From the NCBI GenBank assembly GCA_010093815.1, contig ML996565.1: DNA of 64,000 nt; one strand, 5' to 3'. Positions 1-13,900 of the stretch are shown one piece after another; the first letter of the stretch is position 1; each line of letters starts with the position of its first letter. The DNA comes from Pseudovirgaria hyperparasitica (taxonomy: Eukaryota). The position numbers were made by a program, and so were the translations under genes. The notes under the pieces were generated by a model. It made no database searches. It had not been told where the DNA came from and worked only from the letters and a program-made list of their open reading frames with translations.

Positions 1-464
1 AAGAAAGCGTAAATAACTATTTTAGAAACGCGACGCGATATACCATAATAGAATAATATAGAGGAGTCTAGAATGGACTAATATAGACCATTATACATGA
101 GAAAAACATAGGACTAAGAACCTAAAAAAAGGTACCCTACTATAGAATTAAACTCTTAATACGAAATATAAAAGGTTAGAGTACCTAAACTAATAACTAC
201 TAGGCTACTAGTTCGGGTACTCTAATAGAATTTATAGAGATAAACTAATTTATATACGGTGCCTATACTTAGGTAACTTAAGGAAAATTAGAATGTAGAA
301 TCTAATAGTTATAAGCTAAGCGAGCGCATATATAATATCGTTAAGTTAAGAATTAAATTACTAGAAACTAGCCGACGGGTATCTAAATGGTCTAAAAAGG
401 ACTAAAACGGATAAAAGCTAGGTAAATAGAGCCGGCGTGCACCACCTATAGTAGATCTAGAATA

Positions 465-580
465 TATAGAGCCAGGTATAGAGCTAATATATAGAGCTAG
501 GCATAGAGCTAATATATAGAGCTAGACTATAGAGCTAATATATAGAGCCAAACCCATAGAGCTAGAACCATAGAGCTACT
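465..580. repeat. 12-bp tandem repeat (ATAGAGCTAnnn), about 9 copies
   Basis: tatagagccagg tatagagctaat atatagagctag gcatagagctaa ... ccatagagctac. Confidence 0.85.
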
Positions 581-585
581 CCTCT

Positions 586-1887
586 ATCTTATTATCCGTC
601 CTAACCTCTAGTATAGTCCTCTCTAACCGCATGATATAGCGGCGAAGAACGACGACCTTAGCCTCTAGAGTAATAACCCGATCTATTAGAGTCTAGAGGG
701 AAGAGCCTTAAGCGCTAGAGCGTAGCGACTAGGTCTAAAGTTAGCTAATATAATCTAGAATAATCTAGAAGAGAATATATACCCTCTTATAAGGCGACTT
801 AGAGGGAGAAATAGTAGACCTCTTATAAGATCTATTAGTAGCGCGAGATAGACGGAGGGGATAGAGCGAATCCTCTCTACGGCCTCTATAGCTAGGATAG
901 ACTCCCTAGAATAGGTAGCCTAGGCGCTAGGGATCTTGCGGCGGCTAGAAAAATTAATAGGTGTTAAAAATAATTAACGTGCTCGTAACTTATACTTTAA
1001 TAACCTCTAGGAAGAGCTTATAGCGCTCCCTAAACTCCCTCTATATAGTAGGTAGGCGGCTATAAGGACCCCTAAGGGTCTCGCGGACGCGAAGGTCGTT
1101 ATATATATCTTATATATACATAGGAACCTAAGAATGTATTAGCGCGGACTACTTTAGATTATACTAGATTAAGATAGCCCATTATACTTACCTATAGATA
1201 AGTCTTACTAGTCACGGTATAGCGGCGGTAGCGGGTAGATAGAGTAAAGATAGGGTATATAGGCCCGTCGCGGTTAGTAGAGTAGTAGCTAATGCTAGAG
1301 TTAGAGCGAAAGAGATATTTAGAGCCGGCTATATGGCCCTTAATATACTTATAGTATATTAAACCGTAGTTCGCCGTTTTCCTATGGCGTAAACCGCGAC
1401 TACGTTTAGTATCCTTAGCGACCTAGGCCTTATTATTAGTAGGCTAGGGTTTAGAGCGAATATTAAGATTCTAAAAGGACCTAGAGCGACTAAATCGGTC
1501 TATATTAGACCGGAAGGAAGAGCGGCAAGGTAGCGGCGTAGGTAAGCGCGAGGGCTCGCGATTATCGTCTATAATAAGATCTTCTTTATTCTCTAGAGGA
1601 GGTAGAGTAGGCGGCGTGCGCTTTAGAGCGAGAGGAGAACCTACGACTACTTTATCTATAAGTTTAGTACTAGGATTACCTAGATTAGAGCGACTAGTAG
1701 CTATATTAGTAGTAGAGGTAGTAGTAGTAGTAGCCCTAGCTACTCTCTTCTCCGACTTAGAGCGCGCCTTTATACTACCGCGATAGATAGGCTTCTTAGC
1801 CAGCGTGGCCGGGGAGGAGGCGATGCCTTTAGAGCGAGTCTTACGAGAGAAGGAGGTAGGCTTAGAGATAGGACTAGTATTAGATAT
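586..1887 (-). pseudogene. RIP-degraded spliced ORF with a Ser/Arg/Pro-rich N-terminus and a putative Cys-rich (C-x2-C-x6-C) motif, within putative retroelement C
   Basis: Long near-open minus frame (SNTSPISKPTSFSRKTRSKG...RYRRYTVTSKTY). Intron GTAAGT...GCTAAT...TTAG at 1191-1128. GCTAAC...TAG lies just before the inferred start. Confidence 0.55.
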
Positions 1888-2346
1888 CTATATATATACG
1901 TTAGCTAGAGATCTAAGGAAGGAATATTCGTCTACCCTTAACGGCGATTAACGAAGCTAAATTAGTAACCATAATAACGCGAATAGGTTACATAGGACCG
2001 GTTCTAATAAGAATAGACTACTATAGACCCTTCTAAACCTAAACTAGGGAAGATAGTATATGAATTAACGACTTACCTTAAGAGCGAGGTAGATATACTA
2101 GAGAATAAAATTAAAGGCGAGCGAAGCTAAATATATACTCGACCAAAGTGGCGATTACGTGTCCTAGGTAGTAGCTATAAAGTAAGGGATAAGCGCGTGT
2201 ATAAACTAGTAAAAGTGAACTAGAATCTCGAGTTCACCTATATTAAGGATGGTTATAACGTTATAGAAACTTAGTTACGGATATATAGATATACGATAGA
2301 TTATAGAGACTTAGGATTATATATACTTAAGTGCTTTAGGGCGAAG

Positions 2347-2604
2347 TATAAAAAGAAGAAGGATATTATTAGAACGGGAACCATAATAGACCTATATAGA
2401 CTATTCTAATCTATATAGCTACGTAGTGGCTAGAGCTAGATTAAGTTAGCTGAGTTAAGCGAGGTTACTATATAAGTAGACCGTATAAACCGATTCCTAC
2501 TCGTTAGGAATCAACCTCGTATAAGAGTAAGATTACTCCATAAATACATTTCTATGTCTCTCTATGAACTGTTAGACTGCTATCCTACGTCTTTACTCTT
2601 TATA
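2347..2604 (+). mobile_element. Putative 3' LTR of retroelement C, inserted into a family-B element
   Basis: TAT(=TGT)AAA...CTTTATA(=ACA) ends, a purine-rich tract before, TATATAA and ATAAAT inside. Family-B sequence begins exactly at 2605. The left boundary is uncertain and no partner LTR is in the window. Confidence 0.4.
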
Positions 2605-3252
2605 CTATCTACTATTATTCGACGTAGTTCTTTAAGGGACTCCTTAAGTTCTTATCTCTTTATAAGGAGTTTTATATATTCTATCTATTCTTTAAGGGTT
2701 TAGATCTCTTAGGCCTAATTTATAATATATTTCTAAAGTTTAGCGATAGTTTATTATAATACCTTACGTAGCTCTACTACGACTTATTATCTAGCTTTCT
2801 ATTATTAGAAGTTACTTAGCGTGTCTACTATTTCTTTATTAGAAAGTTCCGTGATTTAGTCTAATATCTCTACTTCTCTATTAAGAATAGCTAGATTTAA
2901 TACTAATTATAGAGGATCCCTATTATTTAATATAGTATTACTTATCTCTATAGTAGATCGTGTTAACCTTCTTAGTTCTAGTTAGACTATCTTAACTATA
3001 GTACTATATAGGGAGTAATTTAAATATAAGAATAGAGTAATTAGATAGTAGTATAGCTAGATAGAATAATAGGGTATATTCTATTATAGGACGAATTACT
3101 ACTAAACCCTTTTAGTAGAAATCTAAGAGTATATATATAAAGAGACGCCGATCTATTTAGTACGTAACCGTTTACTATCTATTATACTACTATCTAACTA
3201 AGTTAGCTAAGGTACGTGTAGATCGAGTTATATCTAGAGCTAAGTTCTAATA
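2605..3252 (-). mobile_element. 5' part (leader/gag start plus 5' LTR 3025-3252) of a third family-B Ty3/gypsy copy (B0)
   Basis: 2605-3024 aligns with 58785-59204. 3025-3252 matches the LTRs at 4088, 6457 and 59205. Confidence 0.9.
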
Positions 3253-3665
3253 GTAGATAGAGTAGATAGAGTAGATAGAGAAGCTAAAATACTATATACT
3301 ATTTATTCTATAAGAGTAATTAGTATATAGTAAATAAGTAGTACTAGTAAGCTAATTAGTATTAAGAAAATAACTAGTACTAATGATTCTATTAGTATAA
3401 ACGGTACGTTTAGTATAAACGGGACGTTTAGTATAACTAGTACGTTTAGTATAAACGGGACGTTTGGTATAACTAGTATATTTAGTATAAACGGGATATT
3501 TAGTATAAGTAGAACGTTTAGTATAAACGGGATACTTAGTATAAATTATATAAAGCCGTCCCGTTAGAATAGATAGTAAGTAGGTCCGCCTAATAGATAT
3601 AATAGGATGAAAGAATACTTAGAGAGTACTTAGGAGTACTTAGGAGCGCTATATCTTCCCTAATG
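3253..3665. mobile_element. Right terminus of a second D-like (CACTA/Plavaka-like) element, with an 18-bp subterminal array at 3393-3545
   Basis: The terminal ggagcgctatatcttccctaatg matches ggagcgccgtatctttcctaatg at 53032-53054. About 8 copies of TTTAGTATAAACGGGACG. Confidence 0.6.
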
Positions 3666-4087
3666 TATAAGGCGCTTAAAGTTATATAATATAATATATA
3701 CTAGTACTAGACTACGCCTAGTGCGGAGCTAGGCTCCTATATTTAATTCTATCTAAGCTCTACTTTAGCCTTACCTTTAATACCTTTAACCTTACCTCTA
3801 AAACTTTAAAATTCACTCTTAATACCTTATATAAAGCTATTATAGCTTTAAATTCTTTCTCTAGCCCTCTAGATACTACCTCTTATATCTAGTATTACTA
3901 GATCTTTACTAAATAGATGGATAAGCTTCTTAAAATACTATCTAGCGCTACTAATCCTAATTCTAGTCTTTATATAGGCTAAGCTTCTACCTTTAGCCTT
4001 ATTAGATCGTCTATATCTACTATATATAAGTAGGTATTCTTCTATAATTCTATCGTAGCTAATAAGCTATTAGAGATCCTTACCTTT

Positions 4088-4315
4088 TGTAAGAATAGGG
4101 TTATTAGATAGTAGTATAGTTAGATAGAATAATATAGTATATTCTATTATAGAACGAATTACTACCGAACCCTTTTAGTAGAAATCTAAGAGTATATATA
4201 TAAAGGGACGCCGATCTATCTAGTACGTAACTATTTACCGCCCTTTACGCTATCTTCTAACCCTATTAGCTAAGATATATACGGATCGAGTTATATCTAA
4301 GGCTAAGTTCTAATA
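4088..4315 (-). repeat. 3' LTR of B1 (228 bp)
   Basis: Direct repeat of 3025-3252, 6457-6683 and 59205-59432, with an adjacent PPT. Confidence 0.95.
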
Positions 4316-4887
4316 GTTATCCCCTTCCTTTAGGAAGCTACTCTTAGTAACCTAGATTATTATCTATCTCTATATCTCTATCCTAAATCTTATAAGACCT
4401 TAGTCGTTCTCTATACTTCGTCCTAGATATTTACTAATATTTACCAATCTAAGATTTATATAAGCGTTTTCCTAATAAACTAGATTTTATCTATCCTAAA
4501 ATATTATATAGGTAAGATTATCTAATTAGGCCTAGTATATCACGTAATATAATTAGATAAGTCTAGGTACTATCTATATTAAAATCTTTTCTTAGAAATA
4601 TTCCTTTCTTTAAAAAACTTCTTAACTCTTTATAGAGTTTTTTAGATTATTAGATATATTACCCGATTCTTATAGATATAGATTTATATAGATTTACTAT
4701 AATTTAGTATAATTTATATAATTTACTAATTTTTATACTATATTTAGCTAGTAATAATAATAATCTATAATAATCCGTATAAATTAGTAATAATCTTAAT
4801 ATAGTTTCCTAAAATCTCGACGCTCTAAAGTAATTAGTATAGAAATAGGCGTCTTTAAATAATCCCTATCTTATATACGTTACCGAT

Positions 4888-5800
4888 ATATTAAAAGCTA
4901 TTAATCTACCCTAACCTAGACCGGGCTCTAATAATCTAGCTATATATTATTATAGTTATCGCTTTCTATTATATATTACTTACGGCGGTACTAAATCTAT
5001 AATATATAGTACTTATATAACTAAGAAGCGTTATTACTTATAGATAATTAAATAAGTTTAAAGAACTTTACGTAGATTTACTTATATTAGTATAGATTAC
5101 TACTAGGCCTCTAGTAACCCCTACTAATAAGAAGCGTAGTACTACTAATTATAACGCCTTAGAGAAGGCTTTCTATAAGCTATATACCTAAGGTAAGAGT
5201 TACGCCTAGAAGTACGATTCTAATAAGATCTATAAGGATTTATTAGAATCTACTATAGCTATTATTACCGCGATTACTAGATAATATCGTTTTTCTTAAA
5301 TCGTTATAGATTCTTACTAATATATATTAATNNNNNNNNNNTCGTTTTTCTTAAATCGTTATAGATTCTTACTAATATATATTAATCTCTATAATAGTAC
5401 TAAAATCTCTACTACTTCGGACTTCTTTCTATATACTAGTAATATTAAAATTCCTAGGAAAGGTTCTAGCAAAAAGGCTAAGGTTCCTTTCTTACGCGTG
5501 CTAAAGAGCTATAAATTTAGAGAAGATAGCTCTAATCTAGAAGTTTCTATACTAAAGGTATATAGTTCTATACTAATTATTATATCTTTTCGCTAATTTA
5601 TATAATTCTTAGCGTGCCTACGCCGGTCTATCCCTCTCTATTCTAGGTTCTACCGCTCTATAGGTTTCTATAGAGGAGTTTATAGCTATAAGGCACGCTA
5701 TATAGAATTTATAGCGTCGGAATAAAAGGCTAGAGACTTATATTATAAAGCTCTATACTATACTAAATAAGAACTAGCGGAAGAAATTAGATATAATTAT
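4888..5800 (+). pseudogene. Antisense extra ORF in the 3' region of family B (B1 copy; the B2 copy starts at ATG 7256)
   Basis: B2 keeps ATG TCG AAA GCT and reads MSKAINLPRPRPGS...YGTYITKKYYY, followed by a GT...TAG intron (7412-7463) and a continuing frame. The end is approximate. Confidence 0.5.
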
Positions 5801-6456
5801 CGCGGTAATTAGTACTTCTACTCCTACTCTAACTTAATTAGTTTAGATCTATACTAATTAGTACTAATATATCTCTTTTATCTAGCGTTTTTAGTTTTTT
5901 TAGTTTTAATTTTAAAGTAATCTTACTTCTTCTAGATAGATTAGTATAAGTTTATATAGATCTATATAGATCTTTATATTTTCTTTTAGCTTCTTAATTT
6001 TATCTTTCTTTAATAATAACTTCTTTAATCTCTTTAGTAATCTATACCGATCTATACCAATTAGCACCGATTTTTAATGTCCATTTCTCTTAGTGAATTA
6101 TTTTTCTAAGTCTCTTTTTTAGTTAAATTTTTTAAAGTTCTAAGTTTAAACTTTCTAAGGGAGTTCTAAGTTCGAACTTTCTAAGGAAGTTCCTTAATTC
6201 CTTAGAGTGTTTTTAAAGATCTATATCTCTTTAACCTTCTTCCTTTTAGGCGGCCGTTCTTAGTACTAAACTATACTAAAAAACGTTAAATCGCCGTACT
6301 TTAGTATAATTCTCTACGATTCCGTAGCTTCCTTTACTAATCGCTACTTATATACTAATATCGCTACTTTACTAATATTTATTATAGGTTTTTAAGTATC
6401 TTTATTAGGATTATATTCTTTCTAATAAATTTTATATAGCCACGTACTATCTTCGG

Positions 6457-6683
6457 TGTAAGAATAGGGTTATTGGATAGTAGTATAGTTAGATAGAATA
6501 ATAGGGTGTATTCTATTATAGAACGAATTACTACCAAACCCTTTCGGTAGGAATCCGAGAGTATATATATAAAGGGACGCCGATCTATCTAGTACGTAAC
6601 TATTTACCGCCTTTCACGTTACCTTCTAACTCTATTAGCTAAGGTATATATAGGTCGGGTCCTACCTAAGGCTAAGTTCTAAT
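6457..6683 (-). repeat. 3' LTR of the second family-B copy (B2), inserted into the chromodomain of B1
   Basis: The B1 chromodomain stops at cttcgg (6456) and a new TGTAAG LTR plus PPT follows. 6684-7744 duplicates 4316-5431. Confidence 0.92.
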
Positions 6684-8599
6684 AATTATCCCTTCCCTCT
6701 AGGAAGCTACCCTTAGCGACCTAGATTATTATCTATTTCTATATCCCTATTCTAAGTCTCGTAAGACCTTAGTCACTCTCTACGCTTCGTCTTAGATACT
6801 TACTAATATTTACCGATCTAAGATTTATATAAGCATTTTTCTAATAAACTAGATTTTATCTATCTTAACTTCTTATATAGGTAAGATTACCTAATTAGGC
6901 CTAGCGTATCACGTAATATGATTAGATAAGCCCGGGTACTACCTATATTAAAATCTTTTCTTAGAAATATTCCTTTCTTTAAAAAACTTCTTAACTCTTT
7001 ATAGAGTTTTTTAGATTATTAGGTATATCACCCGATCCTTATAGATATAGATTTATATAGATTTACTATAATTTAGTGCGATTTACGTAATTTACTAATT
7101 TTCGTGCCGTCCTTAGCTAGTAATAATATAATTCGTAATAATCTATATAAATTAATAATAATCGTAATATAGTTTCCCGAAATCTCGACGCTCTAAAGTA
7201 ATCGGCGCGGAAATAGACGCCTTTAAATAATCCCTATCTTATATACGTTACCGACATGTCGAAAGCTATTAATCTACCCCGACCTAGGCCGGGCTCTAAT
7301 AATCTAGCTATATATTATTATGGTTATTACTTTCTATTATATATTACTTATAGCGGTACTAAATCTATAATATACGGTACTTATATAACTAAGAAGTATT
7401 ATTACTTATAGGTATTTAAGTAAGTTCGAAGAACTTTACGTAGATTTACTTATATTAGTATAGATTACTACTAGGTCTCTAGTAACCCCTACTAATAAGA
7501 AGCGTAGTACTACCGATTATAACGCCTTAGAGAAGGCTTTCTACGAGCTATATATCTAAGATAAGGGTTACGCCTAGAAGTATAATTCTAATAAGATCTA
7601 TAAGGATTTATCAGAATCTACTATAGCTATTATTACCGCGATTACTAGGTAATATCGTTTTTCTTAAATCGTTATAGATTCTTACTAATATATATTAATC
7701 TCTATAATAGTACTAAAATCTCTACTACTTCGGACTTCTTTCTANNNNNNNNNNNNNNNNNNNNNNNNNNNNNNNNNNNNNNNNNNNNNNNNNNNNNNNN
7801 NNNNNNNNNNNNNNNNNNNNNNNNNNNNNNNNNNNNNNNNNNNNNNNNNNNNNNNNNNNNNNNNNNNNNNNNNNNNNNNNNNNNNNNNNNNNNNNNNNNN
7901 NNNNNNNNNNNNNNNNNNNNNNNNNNNNNNNNNNNNNNNNNNNNNNNNNNNNNNNNNNNNNNNNNNNNNNNNNNNNNNNNNNNNNNNNNNNNNNNNNNNN
8001 NNNNNNNNNNNNNNNNNNNNNNNNNNNNNNNNNNNNNNNNNNNNNNNNNNNNNNNNNNNNNNNNNNNNNNNNNNNNNNNNNNNNNNNNNNNNNNNNNNNN
8101 NNNNNNNNNNNNNNNNNNNNNNNNNNNNNNNNNNNNNNNNNNNNNNNNNNNNNNNNNNNNNNNNNNNNNNNNNNNNNNNNNNNNNNNNNNNNNNNNNNNN
8201 NNNNNNNNNNNNNNNNNNNNNNNNNNNNNNNNNNNNNNNNNNNNNNNNNNNNNNNNNNNNNNNNNNNNNNNNNNNNNNNNNNNNNNNNNNNNNNNNNNNN
8301 NNNNNNNNNNNNNNNNNNNNNNNNNNNNNNNNNNNNNNNNNNNNNNNNNNNNNNNCTACTCTATCTACTCTATATACTCTATCTATTTTAATAGAAGTCT
8401 CTTTTCTAAAGTAATATCTTTATCTAAAGTATCTCTATAACTCTATATATCTTATTATTCTAAATTATATCTTTAGTATATTTAATTATAGTCTTTAAAT
8501 TTAATACTAGAAAGATAGTATATAATAGAGAGTAGAGGTTAAAAATTAATTAGACTAGGAACTTAAATGAAATAGTACTATTCTAAGCTCTCTCCAACT

Positions 8600-10790
8600 A
8601 TATAGCTACAATGAAATATAGTAGACCTTCCTTTCTTCTACCTTTAGGCGGTGTCCTTTATCTATTAAAAGGTGTCCTTATCTAGAACTACCTTTAATAA
8701 CCTTTTCTCCCACTAGACACTTCCCTCTATATTTCTAGTTACTATTTTTATTCTCTCTTATATTATCTATTCGGCCTCGTGGTAGTCTATATAGTTCCCT
8801 AGCTATATACTAATATCCGACTTCTCTTAAAAGTGTATACTCTTTATATATAGGTTAAAGACCCGACTTGAACGTCCGCCACCATCTAACTTTATTTTAA
8901 TTTAAGTATTAGTCGGGGTAGATAGACTACTAGTTAAGGTAGCTATAACTAGGGATAATAAGTTAGTAATAGACTTATTCATACTACACGTATATATACT
9001 ATTATTTACCGTTCCCGCGGTTACTTAGAGCGGGTCTATACTTAATACCTAAGATGGTATAATCTTATCCGTAGCTACTACTAGTAGTATAGAACTCTTA
9101 CCCATATCTAATGGCGCATGAGATAATTTAAGGCACTTATCTAACTAGTTTAGAGTATCCGACTCATCCTTTTCGTAGTAGTTAGTATCTATATAGCCTC
9201 TATAACTTTAGTATATACTTATATTACCCGATAGCTTAGACTCCTCGCTCTTATCTAAGTTATCCATATCTACTTTAGAGAAGTTATCTAGGTTATCTTT
9301 ATATAGGTTCATATATATAGTATCTAGGTCGATTAGTGTTAGTGCTATAAATACTAATACTATTAGCGATTTTTAAATATAGTTAATGCGGTAGGGCGCC
9401 TAGTTCGACTATGTTAGGCTTAGCGCTCGCTATTCCTCTATATAATTTAGCACGCGATTAGATAAAGGTATATATATATACCTAGTATTAGTAGAGAGCG
9501 TGCGAATCTATAGCGACCGAAGGACGAGTTCGGCGCCCGCCCGCTACTATATTCGTTAAGGGTATATCTTATTATAATATATATAATGGTAATCGTAGAT
9601 GGTGGGATCGGTCGGAATATACTACTATAGTGCTCCTTTAATCTAAGGAATCTTAGAGACTATAGTAGAACTAACTTTAGAGCCTTAATTACTACTAGCC
9701 CTACGAACATTTTCTAAGTTACGCTAGTATTATACTAATAATTAGTAACACGTCTAACACGACGTAAGTAATATACCTTTACTCCTATATACGCGTTATT
9801 ACGTATTAGGTTACTTATACTAGCTTTTCTCTTCTTAGCTATCTCCTAGTCCTAGTATTCGGATACTATCTATCTAACTCTAGAGAGGAGTTAGTAACGG
9901 AAGTCTATTATATCTTCCTTTACTAGCGTAATAACATGGGTAGGAGGTATGTTTTATAAATTATAATTAAGGTAGTAGCTACTAAGATTAATATCTCCGG
10001 CGGCTATCTAGGCCGATTATACTAGTATCCTAAAACTATCTAGGCTACTATCTAGCCATATATTAAGGCGATCGAATACCGGTAGTAACCGGTCTAAAAA
10101 CGTTATGGTAATCGAAATCTCTATTATCGCGAGGTACCGGTCTCGTTCGTAAGGCTAGAGACTATCTCTATAGGACCGCCTCTTTTCATAGATAGTTAGT
10201 TCCCTCTCTACTACTATTTCTCTACCTTCTTCTATCGAGCTAGATAGCTAATACGGTAGAGAAGAGGACGTAAGGCCGTTATATCCCTAGTTACTATTAC
10301 GGTAGGATATTACCGTGACGTCTAAGCTATATAGGGCGTTACTACTATATTCGCTGCCGGTATACCTAGACTACTAGGTTGTTAGTAGATAAACGAACGC
10401 GTCGAGATAAGCTAGGTGTATATATATACGTTTTTTATATTAATAGCTATCGTGTAAGTCCCTATTATTAATGCTAATACGTGTCTACGTTATATCGTAT
10501 CTTCGTTTACCTATCCCGTTTAGTTTACTATAGTTACTAGATTATCTTCTATTAGTATTACCGCTACGGTAGCTAGATAGTCCCTTAACTATCTTCTATA
10601 TTAGAGGTTCTATAGAGAAGATATATAAGAGATTAGTAGATATTTTCATTAGTAATAGGTCGGTAACCTACTAGGCGATAATATTAGATAGCGGGATAAT
10701 AACTAGCTAGTAGACACGATAAAGGTTTAGGCGTAGACTAATATAGTGTTTTTATAGACGCGTGATGCTTACGCGTTATTATTAATAATT
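8600..10790 (-). pseudogene. RIP-degraded, probably multi-intron gene of unknown function in element D
   Basis: Minus-strand coding-like stretches (MNLYKDNLDNFSKVDMDNLDKSEES...) are separated by CTAAC...AG intron-like signals. Boundaries are approximate. Confidence 0.35.
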
Positions 10791-10999
10791 TTAAGCGAGC
10801 GTATATAGGAATTAAGGGGCTAAGAGCTAGGTAGAAGTCAGGGGTTAGTAGGTATATATTGGGCTTTCGACGGGCTTACACCTAACTTCTTCTAGTATAC
10901 GCCTAGAATATCCGCCGTATGCCGTATTATTACCATCCACTAATAATTATACTATAGTATTTTTCCTTTATAGTAACTACACCTCGAGATACCACGGGC

Positions 11000-13900
11000 C
11001 GTAGTCTCCTACTAATACTATAGTAGAAAGATTAGTAGTATACACTATATAATCCGTAGGCACTATAACTCGGAACCGTATAGACGAGCACGGCTTACCA
11101 TATTACTATTATTATTATAACCATTAGGCCCGTAGCTACTACCATCGACTAGGTCACGGCGTAGCTTTAGTACTCGTAGTTATATTAGTCGATAGAACTC
11201 TTTGGTTCGCTCTATTGGTGTTTAGCCGTCGAGCGTTAATTAGAAGTCCGAGTCTATAGAATTAGGTACTTCTACTACTAATATTACCCTATATAAAGAT
11301 ACTACTATTTTCTCTAATTCTATTTCGGACCTAGAATCTATAGATAGCGTTACTAGTAGCTATAGTACCGATTTAGTATATTAGTCTAATATATATAGTA
11401 GAAATACTATGTCCATAGTAACGAGGGCGTCTAGTACTATATATTTAACGAAAACGTTCGAAGAGGAGAGCGGTATATATATTATAGTAGACTAGAGTAG
11501 ACGTGATAATCCGTCTAACGTAAGTATATATAGTCTAGGTTTATAGTAGTAACTAATTTAGTAGGCCCGATTTAGTTAATTCGATAGTAAGTTTATAGAG
11601 CGCCTTATAATATAGATGAATCGGTTCGGTATTTCGAATATAGTATACGATAAATTAACTACTATCCTTAAATAGACTTCCGCTATACCCCCTGACCTTT
11701 TTATACTAAAATCTAATATCATGTATAAGTAGTTATTATACTACCCTAAAGGGATACCGTATGAAAGTTGGTAGCGTAGCTACGACATATTCGGCACTAC
11801 TATAGTTGAATACTAGCATAGGGATCCGCTTACGTTAGTAGAATTCCTTCTTAGATACCGACCGTTCGCTAGTAAGCTCGTGTTTAAGCTAGTACGATAA
11901 TTTACTAGTTTAGGCGACCGGGTATATAGTAAAGCCTATATAGTAGATAGTTAGTAGAATATATACGCTACTATTCCGGATAGTACCGTTATTATCCCTA
12001 TTATTTTATCTTCGGATAAGATAAACCTTACTAACTATAGTAGTAATAGAGTAGCATGGCTAGTCTACCTATCTATTTATAATCTACCACTAAACGTCCG
12101 CTTATCTAGGAGTCTACTATTATTTCTACTACTTACTCTATTACTAGTAGTTAAGCTAGAAACGGTAGCGAATCGCTTTATGTTCCATTAGGTTATAAGT
12201 AAAGTTCTAGCCCGTATATCCGCCCATGATAGAGTCGTTAACTATACTAATTATTATATAGCGTTATAGACTATATAGAGTACTAGAGTATTAGTATTAT
12301 ATGCCGATGGCGGCTTGCGTAAGTACTATCCGCGTTTAGCTTTATATATTATAGATTTTCCGGAGTAGGTGCTTATCACGGGTATATCCCATTAGTATAC
12401 ATGTCTAATATATATAGTCCCTAGTAACAGACGATAGTATCTACGAGAAGCTATTACTAGTATATAGGAGTTCTATATATACTTATCGTTATAGGAATAG
12501 ATTTACCGTATACGTCGTAAGTTAATAACTAATAGCTACGGTAGCGAGTATACTAGTAGTAAGATAGATAATAGGACGAGTGTACCCGGTATCTTATTAT
12601 TTTCGTCGACGTCTTTCGCGCTAGTAGTATAGAGCTATTATATTCGCCAATCGGTTAAGAGTCGGTATTCTAGTAGGTGGATAGAGCCATTAGATAATTT
12701 CGCCTAGTTACTTACTAGAGTCAATATACACCGCGCGGTCGCTCCGGACATTCTATATTAACTATATAAGGGTATATTAGAATATACGTTTAATTGGATA
12801 GTCTTATATATTATTAATTAAGAGCGTACGGGACATAAGTTAAAGGGTGTATTTACCGGTATACCCCCTATAGAACGAGTAAAGAAGGCGATCGATAAGT
12901 AATTTACGTCTATTAGGGTATTCGGTCGTTATAACCTACTCACGTGTATAACTTTAGTAATATAATAGACGGGGGCAATGTTTAAGCGTATACTAGTAGT
13001 GTTCATAGTCGCGTTTAAACCGCTCCTATGTTATAATCGACACTTCCTAAGCGTAGTACGGGCGGTTATTAATATATGCATGTTAGCGGCGTACTATACG
13101 CATGATATATAGATACTAGCATACTTAGAAGAGGCTATATTACGCTTAGACGACCTGAAATACTAGTTTATACTATATCGTGGAGATAAATCGGAGGATA
13201 ATCATTTTAACTTTCCGAAGTTCCATGCATTATCGCACCTAGTTGATGCCATTAAACACTATAGTTCGTTATATCTAATATCGGTAGAGCTACTAGAGCG
13301 ATCTTATATCGTAGTAAAGGAATTATATTAAGGTTTAAATAAGAGGGAGACGTTTCTATAGTAGATGCTAGTAGTAGATACACGCACGACGAATACTAAA
13401 ATCTCTAGTAGTATAGAGGTGGCGGCTAGTACTAGTATATTAGTGGCCCCTGGCCTAGAGTAGCTTAATAATATACGTAAGCTAGTCGGCTAGCGGCGTA
13501 TTCTAAAGGAGCTACGCCGGAGTAAATATACACTCTACGTCTTATAGAGCCATGGACTATCTACGTCCTACTAGACTACCGTTAGCGACCTCTATAACGT
13601 GTATAGTAGTAGTTTTATATTACTTGATGCGGTTACACCCTTTATATATAACTATTATAATCGGCTTATTAGGGATAATATATTAAAAGGTACGAATATC
13701 GAATATATTAAAAAGGATCCTTCGTAGGCACGGGTCCTTTCTATCTATATATACGAGACTATATACGTGCCGATACGACTAGATAGAGACATATCTATAG
13801 AGGCCTTCGACCTAATTTAGATAAGGTATACCCGTAACTAGTAAAAGAGTGGTAAGGCTAGGGAGAATTATATAATAGTATAGGAGTTTAACGAGGGTAG

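Noticed and set aside
1..420. Possible end of pol of element C
   Set aside because: Coding-like, but no integrase, RNase H or chromodomain motif could be recognised.
5288..5385. 44-bp direct duplication around a 10-N gap
   Set aside because: An exact overlap flanking the Ns that is absent in the B2 copy, so a scaffolding artefact.
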